Virus record (IMG/VR): IMGVR_UViG_3300028654_000015
Span: 1 to 64,000 of that record
Strand: one strand, 5' to 3'
Length of the DNA: 64,000 bases
Source: a virus
Translations under genes and position numbers: made by a program
Part shown: in pieces, positions 39,480 through 49,425 of the stretch
Position numbering within the stretch: position 1 is the first letter of the stretch
Layout of the letters: the number at the start of each line of letters is the position of its first letter
The notes under the pieces: model-generated
The model's input: the letters and a program-made list of their open reading frames with translations, nothing else
What the model was told of the DNA's origin: nothing
Databases searched by the model: none

Positions 39480-41246
39480 ATGGCTACATATTCCGATATT
39501 AATAAAGGTCAAAATCAATACATTCTAGCCAATGGCTCGGAAATGAAATACTATGACAATAATCCCAATCTAAAAGCAGCATATGTTCAATTACAATTCA
39601 CCCAACACCAAATAGAAGAAAGAATTAAATGTGCTAAAGACCCTATCTATTTTATTGAAAATTATGTAAAAATCATGACATTAGATGGTGGTATTGAACC
39701 ATTTAAAATGTGGCCTTTTCAAAAGAAACTAGTTGATGCTATACATAACAATAGATTCGTTATTTCGAAAGTTGCAAGACGTGCTGGTAAAACTACTACA
39801 GTAGTTTCTTATATTCTTTGGATGGTTCTTTTTCATCCATCTCAAACTGTTGCAATATTAGCAAATAAAGCATCAACTGCAAAAGAAATCTTAAGTATAT
39901 TACAAAGATCATACGAACGTATACCTCTCTGGATGCAACAAGGTGTAAAAGTATGGAATAAAGGTAATATTGATTTAGAGAATTCATCAAGAATTCTAAC
40001 TGCACCGACATCATCAGATGCTCTTAGAGGTTATGGTGTTAATTTTCTACTATTAGATGAATTTGCTCTAGTACCAAACAATATTGCTGAAGAATTCATG
40101 ACTTCTGTATATCCCACAATATCTTCCGGTACTAAATCTAAGATTGCAATTATTTCTACACCATTAGGGATGAATTTATTTTATCGTATGTGGACGGATG
40201 CAATCCATAAAAGAAATCTATATTTTCCTATAGAATTCCACTGGGCAGAAGTACCAGGTAGAGATGAAAAATGGAAAGAAGATCAAATCAAACAGATGGG
40301 GCAACAAAAGTTTGATCAAGAATATGAAACTAAATTTTTAGGTTCTTCTAATACATTAATAAGTGGTATAAAATTATCAGAACTAACTTGGTTTCCTCCT
40401 CTCCAACAAATTGGTTGTTTAGATGTATATGAAAGACCAATAAATGATCATGTATATTTTACTATTGTAGATTGTGCGAGAGGTCAAAATTTAGACTATT
40501 CTGCATTTACAGTAATAGATGCTACTCAATCACCATATAAAATGGTTGCAAAATATAGAAATAAAGAAATAGATCCTTATATGTTTCCAGAAGTGATACA
40601 TAATGTATCAAAAACTTACAATGAAGCATATGCACTGGTTGAATCGAATGATATTGGAAAACAAGTTGTAGATATATTACATACTGAACTAGAATATGAA
40701 AACGTATTCTCAGTTATGAATATGGGTAGGGCAGGTCAAAAATTATCTGCTGGTTATAGAAAGGGTGCAAAACTTGGAGTCGCTACTAGTGTGGCAATAA
40801 AAAGAATTGGGTGTGCCAATCTCAAGGCCCTAATAGAATCTGACCAACTATTGATTAATGACTTTAATATCTATGAAGAATTGACAACATTTGTGGCAAG
40901 TAAAGACTCATTTGCTGCTGAAGAAGGTAGTAATGATGATTTAACTATGACATTGGTTTTATTTGGATGGCTAACTTCACAACAACTATTCAAAGAACTT
41001 ACTAATGGTGATATTAGAAAAAGAATGGCAGAAGAGAAATCCAAGATTGACCAAGAGAAATTAATGCCTTTTGGAATACTACCACAAGATACCCATAATC
41101 GAGTAGAAATGGACGTACACGGTACTAGATGGGTAGAGGTAGCACCCAGGGACTTAAAAGATCAATTTAGATTTTTTAACGATATAGACTTTACTGTTGG
41201 GTCTAATGACGATGACGATGATGGATACGGTGGAAACAGTCTATAA
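39480..41246 (+). CDS. gp17: terminase large subunit
   Basis: ARRAGKTT Walker A, LLDEFA Walker B, ISTPLG, NDDL.M. Confidence 0.97.
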   Translation: MATYSDINKGQNQYILANGSEMKYYDNNPNLKAAYVQLQFTQHQIEERIKCAKDPIYFIENYVKIMTLDGGIEPFKMWPFQKKLVDAIHNNRFVISKVARRAGKTTTVVSYILWMVLFHPSQTVAILANKASTAKEILSILQRSYERIPLWMQQGVKVWNKGNIDLENSSRILTAPTSSDALRGYGVNFLLLDEFALVPNNIAEEFMTSVYPTISSGTKSKIAIISTPLGMNLFYRMWTDAIHKRNLYFPIEFHWAEVPGRDEKWKEDQIKQMGQQKFDQEYETKFLGSSNTLISGIKLSELTWFPPLQQIGCLDVYERPINDHVYFTIVDCARGQNLDYSAFTVIDATQSPYKMVAKYRNKEIDPYMFPEVIHNVSKTYNEAYALVESNDIGKQVVDILHTELEYENVFSVMNMGRAGQKLSAGYRKGAKLGVATSVAIKRIGCANLKALIESDQLLINDFNIYEELTTFVASKDSFAAEEGSNDDLTMTLVLFGWLTSQQLFKELTNGDIRKRMAEEKSKIDQEKLMPFGILPQDTHNRVEMDVHGTRWVEVAPRDLKDQFRFFNDIDFTVGSNDDDDDGYGGNSL

Positions 41247-41257
41247 AAGACCAAAAA

Positions 41258-41265
41258 TATAAATA
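41258..41265 (+). promoter_or_regulatory. T4-type late promoter
   Basis: TATAAATA upstream of gp18. Confidence 0.75.
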
Positions 41266-41316
41266 TTTGAAGTTAGTATAGTTGCTAGTTTTGCCAACTT
41301 AAGGAGACACAATTCA

Positions 41317-43446
41317 ATGGCTTTTCAAATTTCTCCCGGTGTAAATTGGACCGAAATCGATCAGAGCACAATAGTACCATCTGTACCTACTACAAACGGT
41401 GGATTTGTAGGAGTATTTCAATGGGGACCACTAGATAAGATTGTTCTAGTAGGAAGCGAACTTAATTTAGTAAGTAATTTTGGCAAACCAAATGAAGAAG
41501 TCGCATCTTCATTTTATGCAGCATCAAATTTTCTTGCCTACTCAAATAGTCTTCAAGTAGTTAGAGTTGCGAGTGAAGCATTTGCTGATGTTTCTTTCAC
41601 TGTTAGTACTATAGGTACTGCAATGACCGGCGTTGGTTTCATAAACGGAACAATACCTCTTCGTGAAGGTTGTACTATCACTCATAATTCTGATATTAGA
41701 ATTGTTGTTTCTATTACATCTGATACTGCTGCTGTTCTTAATTCAGCATTCCCATCAGATTTAGTTTCTGCTAACGTAGATGCACATATTTACGTTGGTG
41801 CATTGAATGCAACAGCAGAAGATGGAACTGGTTCTGGAAATCCTGGGATTGGTGCTCTTATTAAAAATGAAGATGACTATAATGCAAACTATTCAAATGG
41901 TTCTGCAAATGTTGGTCTTTGGGCAGCAAGATGTGCTGGTAAATTAGGAAATTCATTAGAAGTTTCAATTTGTCCAAGTGCTAATGCATTTAATCAAACC
42001 CTTGTTGGTACAGTATCAAGTTCTAGTAATGTATTAACAGGAATTGGAACATCATTTCTTAGTCGTGTTACTCGTGGTTCTATCATTATAGATTCTGTTT
42101 CTGGTCAGCAAAGAAAAGTTATTGGTGTATCGAGTGATACCCAATTAAGTGTTGATTCCGCATTTTCACCAGCACTATCTGGTGCTACTGTAGTAGCAAG
42201 ATGGGAATTTGCCGATGCTATTGGTATTGCACCTGGTACTTCAAGTTATGCAGTATCTAGAGGCGGTCTCAATGATGAACTACACGTAGTTGTAGTCGAT
42301 AGTAATGGTCTATGGTCAGGTATACAAGGAACCGTTCTAGAAAGACATTCATTCTTATCAAAAGGATCTGATGCTAAAGCAGAAGATGGTAGTAACATTT
42401 ATTATCCTTCAAACATAAATGGTGAATCATCTTATGTTTGGTGGACAGATCATCTTCCAGCAGGATTAAACTGGGGAAGTGCTGTAAGTGGTGTAACATT
42501 CACTGCAATCAATCAGCCAATCAGATCTGAACTTTCTGGTGGAAGAGATGTAAATACTGGTGCTGATATCGACGGTGCAAAATTAAATGGTTGGGATTTA
42601 TTTGCAAATGCTGATTCAGTAGATGTAGAACTTCTTATCACTGGTGATGCTTCTGCAACTGTAGCAAGTTATGTAATAGATAATATCTGCGAAGAAAGAT
42701 TAGATTGTGTTGCTTTTATTTCTCCTCCTATGTCTGCTGTTGTAAATAACAACGGCAATGAAGTTGATGATTCTATTTCTTTTAGAAATTCACTACCATC
42801 TACTTCATATGCAGTAATGGATAGCGGATGGAAACTTCAATACGACAAATACAACGACACAAATCGTTGGGTACCACTAAACGGTGATATTGCTGGCTTG
42901 TGTGCAAGAACTGATCAGGTTTCTGATCCTTGGTTCTCACCTGCTGGTATCAATCGTGGTAATATTAAAAATGTTATTAAACTAGCCTATAGTCCATATA
43001 AAGCACAGAGAGATATGTTGTATCTTTCAAGCATTAACCCTGTTATTAATTTACCAGGACAAGGCACTGTTCTTTATGGTGATAAAACTTTACTTGGAAA
43101 ACCAAGTGCATTTGACAGAATCAATGTTCGTAGATTGTTTATCGTACTAGAAAAATCAATTTCTCGTGCATCACAATCTTCATTATTCGAACTTAACGAT
43201 ACATTCACTCGTGCTAACTTCAGAGGATTGGTTGAACCATTCCTTCAGAATGTGCAGTCTAGACGTGGTATATATGCATTCAAAGTTGTATGTGATACTA
43301 CAAATAATACCCCAGACGTTATCGATGCTAATGAGTTTGTTGGTGACATTTATATTCAACCAGCAAAAAGCATCAATTTCATTCAGTTGAATTTTATTGC
43401 AACTAGAACTGGCGTAGACTTTTCTGAATCAGTTGGTTCGGCTTAA
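41317..43446 (+). CDS. gp18: tail sheath protein
   Basis: MAFQISPGV, FQWGP, PWFSPAG.NRG, FDRINVRRLF. Confidence 0.97.
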   Translation: MAFQISPGVNWTEIDQSTIVPSVPTTNGGFVGVFQWGPLDKIVLVGSELNLVSNFGKPNEEVASSFYAASNFLAYSNSLQVVRVASEAFADVSFTVSTIGTAMTGVGFINGTIPLREGCTITHNSDIRIVVSITSDTAAVLNSAFPSDLVSANVDAHIYVGALNATAEDGTGSGNPGIGALIKNEDDYNANYSNGSANVGLWAARCAGKLGNSLEVSICPSANAFNQTLVGTVSSSSNVLTGIGTSFLSRVTRGSIIIDSVSGQQRKVIGVSSDTQLSVDSAFSPALSGATVVARWEFADAIGIAPGTSSYAVSRGGLNDELHVVVVDSNGLWSGIQGTVLERHSFLSKGSDAKAEDGSNIYYPSNINGESSYVWWTDHLPAGLNWGSAVSGVTFTAINQPIRSELSGGRDVNTGADIDGAKLNGWDLFANADSVDVELLITGDASATVASYVIDNICEERLDCVAFISPPMSAVVNNNGNEVDDSISFRNSLPSTSYAVMDSGWKLQYDKYNDTNRWVPLNGDIAGLCARTDQVSDPWFSPAGINRGNIKNVIKLAYSPYKAQRDMLYLSSINPVINLPGQGTVLYGDKTLLGKPSAFDRINVRRLFIVLEKSISRASQSSLFELNDTFTRANFRGLVEPFLQNVQSRRGIYAFKVVCDTTNNTPDVIDANEFVGDIYIQPAKSINFIQLNFIATRTGVDFSESVGSA

Positions 43447-43461
43447 TAGGAGTAATTACAA

Positions 43462-44022
43462 ATGGCATTTTCAATAGATGATATCAAGGCCAAATTAGAG
43501 TTTGACGGAACACGTCCTTCGCTATTTAATATAGCATTGACATTACCAGATTCTCTTCAATATGGCAATAAGGGACTTTTTAATTCTAAATTAGAATTCC
43601 TATGTCATGCTGCATCAATACCAGTAACAACTGTTGCTGCTATCGAGGTTCCATATTTCGGTCGCAAAATAAAGATTGCAGGAAATAGAACATATCCAGA
43701 ATGGACAATTACAATTTTCAATGATGAAGATTTTGCCCTTCGTGATGCATTTGAAGCGTGGTTGAATGCAATAAATGATGCTCGTGGAAACATTAGAAAT
43801 AGTGGTGTAGATTCTAGACCAGGTACTTATAAAACAAACGCATTAGTAAGAGCATTACCAAAAGATGATGCATCTGAAAGAATCAGACGTTATAAATTCG
43901 AAGGTATGTTTCCAACTGAAGTATCTCCAATTGAATTGAACTGGGCGACAGAAAATGAGATTGCCTCATTCACTGTAAACCTAGCATATGACATTTGGAC
44001 CATTGATACTGCTCAAGAATAA
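43462..44022 (+). CDS. gp19: tail tube protein
   Basis: RPSLF, VPYFGRKIKIAGNRTY.EW..T..NDEDF. Confidence 0.95.
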   Translation: MAFSIDDIKAKLEFDGTRPSLFNIALTLPDSLQYGNKGLFNSKLEFLCHAASIPVTTVAAIEVPYFGRKIKIAGNRTYPEWTITIFNDEDFALRDAFEAWLNAINDARGNIRNSGVDSRPGTYKTNALVRALPKDDASERIRRYKFEGMFPTEVSPIELNWATENEIASFTVNLAYDIWTIDTAQE

Positions 44023-44106
44023 GTCTTTTACTCGAACCTAAATAATTGAGACAAACCTTTTAGTGTCCAAGTTGATGCTAAATTGTATTATAATGTTAGG
44101 AAATCA

Positions 44107-45753
44107 ATGGCTTTCAACTTGTTTGGATTTTCAATCCAAAAGACTAAAGAAGAAAAAGAAAAGAAAGCGGCCGAGAGTTTCGTAGCCCAAACCAATACAG
44201 ACGGTGCTTTAACCGTTGAAGGTGCTGGTGCATATGGTACCTATATTGATCTCGATGGTACTGTAAAAGATGAATTCGAACTTATAACTCGATATAGAGA
44301 AATGTCTTTATATCCAGAGTGTGATTATGCAATTGATGATATAGTAAATGAAGCAATAGTACTAGATGGACAATCAGAAGCGATACAACTAGATCTAAGT
44401 GAACTAGATTTAGATGATAATATCAAAGATAAAATCCTCCAAAAATTTGTAAAAGTTAAAAAACTTATACATTGGAAAAATGATGCGTATGAAGTTTTTA
44501 GAAAATGGTATGTAGATGGTCGTTTATATTATCATGTAATATTACCAGATGATAAAACAGATACTAGTGGTAAACTAGTCAAAAATGTAAAGGATGGTAT
44601 ATTAGAAGTTCGGTATATAGATCCTAGACAAATCAGAAAAATAAGGGTCGCGCAAAGAATTAGAAATCCTAAAGGTATTGAAATTCTTGAAGTAATAGAA
44701 GAATATTTTATATACAATCAAAGAGGTATTAAGTACCAAGGTTCTTCTACGATTACACCAATGCAAGCACAAACGGTTGAAGGTGTTAAAATTTCTCCAG
44801 ATTCGGTAATCTATGTACATTCTGGTATTGTTGATAAGTTCTCTTCTACAATACTTTCAAATTTACACAAAGCAATCAAACCATGTAATCAATTAAAAAT
44901 GATGGAAGATGCTTTAGTGATCTATCGTATTGTTAGAGCACCAGAACGAAGAATCTTCTATATTGACATTGGTAATTTGCCAAAAAGTAAAGGTGAAGAT
45001 TATCTCAGAACTGTAGCAGAAAGATATCGTCAAAGACAATTATATGATATTAATACTGGTGAAGCGAGAGATGATAGAAGATTTCTAACAATGATGGAAG
45101 ACTATTGGCTTCCAGTTAAAGATGGTGCATCTAATACAAAAATAGACACTCTACCAGGTGGAGAAAATCTTGACCAAATGGCAGACGTTGAATATTTTGA
45201 AAAGAAATTATACAAATCATTGAACGTCCCTATTTCTAGAATGGATAGTAGTTCTGGTTTTATATTAGGAAGATCTCAAGAAATTACTAGGGACGAAATC
45301 AAATTTGCAAAATTAATTCATAGATTAAGAAACAGATTTGCCCAACTATTTCTAAAATTACTAGAAATGGAATTGGTCCTTACTAATATAATGACCACGG
45401 ATGAATGGGAAGAATATAAAGATAACATCAAATTCAAATATGCTAATGATAACCATTATGCTGAAGTAGTAGAAAATGAGGTATTAAAAGGTAGATTGGA
45501 ATTATTATCTAAAGTAGATCCAGATGCTACAGTATATTCGAAAAAATATGTCTCTGTAGAATGGATTAGAAAACATATTCTAAAACAAACAGAAGATGAA
45601 CAAAAACTCTTAGATAAAGAAATTGCGAAAGAAAAAGGAAAATATGATGATCTTTTACCAGAACTAGAAGAACCAAAAAGTAACAATTTTGATGATTTTC
45701 ATGGATTGAATGACAAAAAACCAAAGCCAACTCCCGCTAAAAAGAAACAATAA
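44107..45753 (+). CDS. gp20: portal protein
   Basis: LFGFSI, WYVDGR, RAPERRIFYID.GNLPK, EITRDEIKF; start moved to MAFNLFG. Confidence 0.97.
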   Translation: MAFNLFGFSIQKTKEEKEKKAAESFVAQTNTDGALTVEGAGAYGTYIDLDGTVKDEFELITRYREMSLYPECDYAIDDIVNEAIVLDGQSEAIQLDLSELDLDDNIKDKILQKFVKVKKLIHWKNDAYEVFRKWYVDGRLYYHVILPDDKTDTSGKLVKNVKDGILEVRYIDPRQIRKIRVAQRIRNPKGIEILEVIEEYFIYNQRGIKYQGSSTITPMQAQTVEGVKISPDSVIYVHSGIVDKFSSTILSNLHKAIKPCNQLKMMEDALVIYRIVRAPERRIFYIDIGNLPKSKGEDYLRTVAERYRQRQLYDINTGEARDDRRFLTMMEDYWLPVKDGASNTKIDTLPGGENLDQMADVEYFEKKLYKSLNVPISRMDSSSGFILGRSQEITRDEIKFAKLIHRLRNRFAQLFLKLLEMELVLTNIMTTDEWEEYKDNIKFKYANDNHYAEVVENEVLKGRLELLSKVDPDATVYSKKYVSVEWIRKHILKQTEDEQKLLDKEIAKEKGKYDDLLPELEEPKSNNFDDFHGLNDKKPKPTPAKKKQ

Positions 45754-45786
45754 ATACTAATATAGAGAATAAAAGGGGTCATTTAT

Positions 45787-45960
45787 ATGTCAAAATCCAA
45801 TAAAAATCTATTGAAGAAGTTAATCGATTCTATCAGTAAGGGTAAAGGTAGTTCTGCTAAATCTTTAGTTTCTGAACTATTAGCATCAAAAATTCATTCA
45901 AAACTGAATGAAAAAGAAAAAGATTTGTCAAAGACTATTTTCAAAAAAGAATCTAAGTAA
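45787..45960 (+). CDS. small prohead core protein (gp67-like position; not in ORF track)
   Basis: 57-aa MSKSNKNLLKKLIDSI..LLASKI..L.EKEK.LSKTIF between gp20 and gp21; AATAAATA at 45749. Confidence 0.6.
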   Translation: MSKSNKNLLKKLIDSISKGKGSSAKSLVSELLASKIHSKLNEKEKDLSKTIFKKESK

Positions 45961-45963
45961 AAA

Positions 45964-46617
45964 ATGAAACTAATAGTAGAAAAAATAGAAAATGTTGAAT
46001 TTCTAACTGAAGCCACAAAGGATGGTAAAAAGAACCATTTCATTAAGGGTGTCTTCATGCAAGCAGGCATTAAAAATAGAAATGGAAGAATTTATCCTAT
46101 TCATATTCTACAAAAAGAAGTTTCCAGATATCAAAAAGAAGCAATAGAACAAGGTAGAGCAGTTGGTGAGTTGAATCACCCAGATAGTCCACAAATTAAT
46201 CTTGATAGAGTATCCCATAAAATTATTTCATTAGAACAAAGTGGGAATGATTTTATTGGAAAAGCAAAAATTCTTGATACACCAAATGGTCAAATTGTTA
46301 AAAATCTATTAGATGAAGGAATTTCATTAGGTGTTTCTTCTCGTGGTATGGGTTCTCTAAAACAGATAGATATGAACACAATGGAAGTACAAGAAGATTT
46401 CTATCTAGCAACTGCTGCTGATATTGTAGCAGATCCATCTGCCCCAAGTGCTTTTGTAGAAGGTATTCTTGAAGGAAAAGAATGGGTAAGAGTTGGCAAC
46501 GAAATTGTTGAAAAACATATTCATAGAATGCAAGAAACAATCAAAGCAGCACCTAAAAGTAAAAGAACAGACGTAGCAATCAAAGAATTTGATTCATTTT
46601 TAAAAAATCTAAAATAA
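45964..46617 (+). CDS. gp21: prohead protease
   Basis: KNRNGRIY, GELNHP, GVSSRGMGS, DIVADPSAP. Confidence 0.97.
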   Translation: MKLIVEKIENVEFLTEATKDGKKNHFIKGVFMQAGIKNRNGRIYPIHILQKEVSRYQKEAIEQGRAVGELNHPDSPQINLDRVSHKIISLEQSGNDFIGKAKILDTPNGQIVKNLLDEGISLGVSSRGMGSLKQIDMNTMEVQEDFYLATAADIVADPSAPSAFVEGILEGKEWVRVGNEIVEKHIHRMQETIKAAPKSKRTDVAIKEFDSFLKNLK

Positions 46618-46633
46618 AAATGGACTCGTTTCT

Positions 46634-46972
46634 ATGTCTAGCATATCAAATGAACAAGTTACCAATCAAAATGGATATAATTTTTGTGTAACTTTCGATT
46701 ACACTAGTGACTCATCCACGGTTTATAGTGGAATCCAAGCAGAATATTTAAATTATTTTGATCAATTAGGTTGGATTAGTATTGATCTACTAATAAATCC
46801 TATAAATGATTCCCTCTTATCATTTAGAATTACCAAAAATTTTAAATGTGGACAATGTAATGGAGGCATGCCTACTAATGCTTTTTTAATAGCATCTATA
46901 CAAATAGATTTAGATACTATTATTAGTAATTATGAAGCAGAAATCGCACAACAAAATAATGAAGGGCAATAA
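46634..46972 (+). CDS. hypothetical protein, first gene of inserted cassette
   Basis: 112-aa ORF with CGQC; coupled to next gene. Confidence 0.55.
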   Translation: MSSISNEQVTNQNGYNFCVTFDYTSDSSTVYSGIQAEYLNYFDQLGWISIDLLINPINDSLLSFRITKNFKCGQCNGGMPTNAFLIASIQIDLDTIISNYEAEIAQQNNEGQ

Positions 46973-49422
46973 TGACTACCTCATGGATTTCTAAAGCAAC
47001 AGGAAATTGGTCTTCTTCATCTACTTGGGGGAAAGTAGATTCTACTTCTATAAATGATACAGAAGCAGCAACATCAAATACTACTACTGCTTTTGTATAT
47101 TCTGCAACATTTACTCCTGGAGCAATTACGATAGACGGAATCGCATTAAAATTTTCGAAGGGGCAAGGCACCCCAACTGGCACAGTCACTTTAGAATTGT
47201 ATAATAATACAGATAGTGTAGTAGTACAAGATGTAACTGTAAACGTATCAGACTTTCCTAATGTTGGTAATCCTATAGGTTGGCACTTTTTCAAATTTTC
47301 TTCGAGCGCCACTTTAATTGCAGGGAAAGCATATAAAGTTGGTATCAAAACTTCTACTAATAATCAATTAGCAGTATTTAGAACTGCAACTGCTGGTGAT
47401 TGGGCCAGAATGCTACGCACAACAACTACAGGCAATCCGGCAGCAGGAGATAATATTCATATTATAGGCGAACATACTGGTGCAGGGACACAAAATACAT
47501 TCACTGTTACTATGGATAGCACTGCTACTACCATATATGGCAACACTACCTCACCATCTGCACTTACTATAGGACAAAATGCAACTCTTAGTTATGGCAC
47601 TTCTGCATCTACAAATTATTATTTAAAATATTCTGGCACATTTAATGTTTATGCTGGTGGAACTTTTAATATAGGAACATCTGGTACGCCCATACCAAGT
47701 ACTTCTTCAGCGGTACTTGAAATGGCATCTGCGACAAATGTTGACACAGGATTACAAATTTTACATGCTAGTACTTTTAATAGTTATGGGGCAACAAAAA
47801 CAACATTATCTACTTTTTTAACTGCTGATGCTGCGGCAAGTGCAACATCTTTGACAGTTGGTTCTACATCTGGATGGGCATCTAATGATCAAATAGTTAT
47901 AGCATCAACATCAAATTTAGGTTCAGATAGTGAACTAAGAACAGTTTCTACAGTTCCAACAGGTACTACATTAACTGTGCCTGCTCTAACTTATGCACAT
48001 TCTGGAACTTCTCCTACACAAGCAGAAGTTGGTAATTTAACAAGAAATGTAAAAATTCGAGGTATTTCTACTTCATTACAAGGCTATTTGTATTTTGAAA
48101 TAAATGCAACTGCTACATTACAATATACAGAAATATATCAGATGGGTTCTTCTACTGCTGGTTCTAGAGGTATTAATATCAATACCACTACTGGTTCTTT
48201 TTCTATGCAGTATTGTAGTATGTATAATTTTGAAGTTGCATCTTCATATGGATGGTACATTTCTGGTACAACTACAAATAATATAACAATTTCAAACAAT
48301 ATTTCTTATAATATATACACTTCACATTTATATTTTGCTACAACTTCTGGTACTAATATTACCGTAAATAATAATTTAATGATTTATAGTCCTAGTGCAA
48401 CATATCTAGTTCAATTATTGACTCTAAATTTTACGATGAATAATAATACAATTGTTGGTGCAACTGGAACGGCCGCAGTATTTTTTAACCAAAATAACGC
48501 ATCGTTAGGTTCCTTCTCTGGTAATACTATACATTCAAATAATAGTATTGGATTAAGTATATCACCTTATAATGTAAGTGGAACTATACAAAATTTAACT
48601 GTTTGGAGAAGCAGTTCATATGGTTTACAAATTTCTGGAGTATCTGACTTAGTATTCGATACTCTTGTTGCATTTGGCAATGGAACAGCAAACATTTATA
48701 CCTCTTCTGTTAGTGCAAATGCAGGAACAATACAAATCAATAATTCTACTATTGATGCTGGTACTGATGCATGTCCAATAGGAATTCTATTTGATGCTCC
48801 TACAGGTATGATGTCAATGATTAATACAACATTTGGAAAAACTACTACACATTCTACTGGTGATTTCAAAATTCTAAATGCAGCATCATCATTATTTTTA
48901 ACTATGAATAATTGTTTATTAAATTCCGCGAATCAACTAGTGAACCAAACAAATTTAAGTGGATCTTCTTATATAAGATCATCTAAAAATAATCAAACTG
49001 TAGGTAGTCATAAACAATATAAAATGGCAGGTACAATTTCTATTGATACTGTTATCTATGATGTTTTGCCATCAGAAAGATTAACTCCAAATAATGCATC
49101 AACAAAACTACAAAGTTCTGTAGTAAAAATACCAGTGGCAAATGGTGGAACACTATCTGTAAATGTAAAAGTAAGACAGTCAGTTGTTGGTGATGGTACT
49201 GCTTACAACGGAAATTTTGCTAGGTTGGTTGTTAAACAAAATGTTGCAGCAGGAATTGCAAATGATACAGTATTAGCAACAGCAACCTCTGGCGCAAACG
49301 GTTCATTTCAAACTCTTTCTGGTACTACAATTTCTGTAACAGATGATGCAGTTCTTTCTTTTTATGTCGATTGTGATGGTACTACTGGTTGGGTAAATCT
49401 TGATACTTGGAGCACTAGTTAA
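46972..49422 (+). CDS. G8/fibrocystin-like parallel beta-helix adhesin or depolymerase
   Basis: GNWSSSSTW start, P.AGD.IHI, AEVGNLTRNVKIRG motif, Asn-ladder repeats. Confidence 0.7.
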   Translation: MTTSWISKATGNWSSSSTWGKVDSTSINDTEAATSNTTTAFVYSATFTPGAITIDGIALKFSKGQGTPTGTVTLELYNNTDSVVVQDVTVNVSDFPNVGNPIGWHFFKFSSSATLIAGKAYKVGIKTSTNNQLAVFRTATAGDWARMLRTTTTGNPAAGDNIHIIGEHTGAGTQNTFTVTMDSTATTIYGNTTSPSALTIGQNATLSYGTSASTNYYLKYSGTFNVYAGGTFNIGTSGTPIPSTSSAVLEMASATNVDTGLQILHASTFNSYGATKTTLSTFLTADAAASATSLTVGSTSGWASNDQIVIASTSNLGSDSELRTVSTVPTGTTLTVPALTYAHSGTSPTQAEVGNLTRNVKIRGISTSLQGYLYFEINATATLQYTEIYQMGSSTAGSRGININTTTGSFSMQYCSMYNFEVASSYGWYISGTTTNNITISNNISYNIYTSHLYFATTSGTNITVNNNLMIYSPSATYLVQLLTLNFTMNNNTIVGATGTAAVFFNQNNASLGSFSGNTIHSNNSIGLSISPYNVSGTIQNLTVWRSSSYGLQISGVSDLVFDTLVAFGNGTANIYTSSVSANAGTIQINNSTIDAGTDACPIGILFDAPTGMMSMINTTFGKTTTHSTGDFKILNAASSLFLTMNNCLLNSANQLVNQTNLSGSSYIRSSKNNQTVGSHKQYKMAGTISIDTVIYDVLPSERLTPNNASTKLQSSVVKIPVANGGTLSVNVKVRQSVVGDGTAYNGNFARLVVKQNVAAGIANDTVLATATSGANGSFQTLSGTTISVTDDAVLSFYVDCDGTTGWVNLDTWSTS

Positions 49423-49425
49423 TCC

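Noticed and set aside
39480-41246. Intein/intron in terminase, or inactive Walker A (RRAGKT rather than RQxGKT)
   Set aside because: Length is normal with no splicing motifs. The GKT core and Walker B are intact, so the change is a minor variant.
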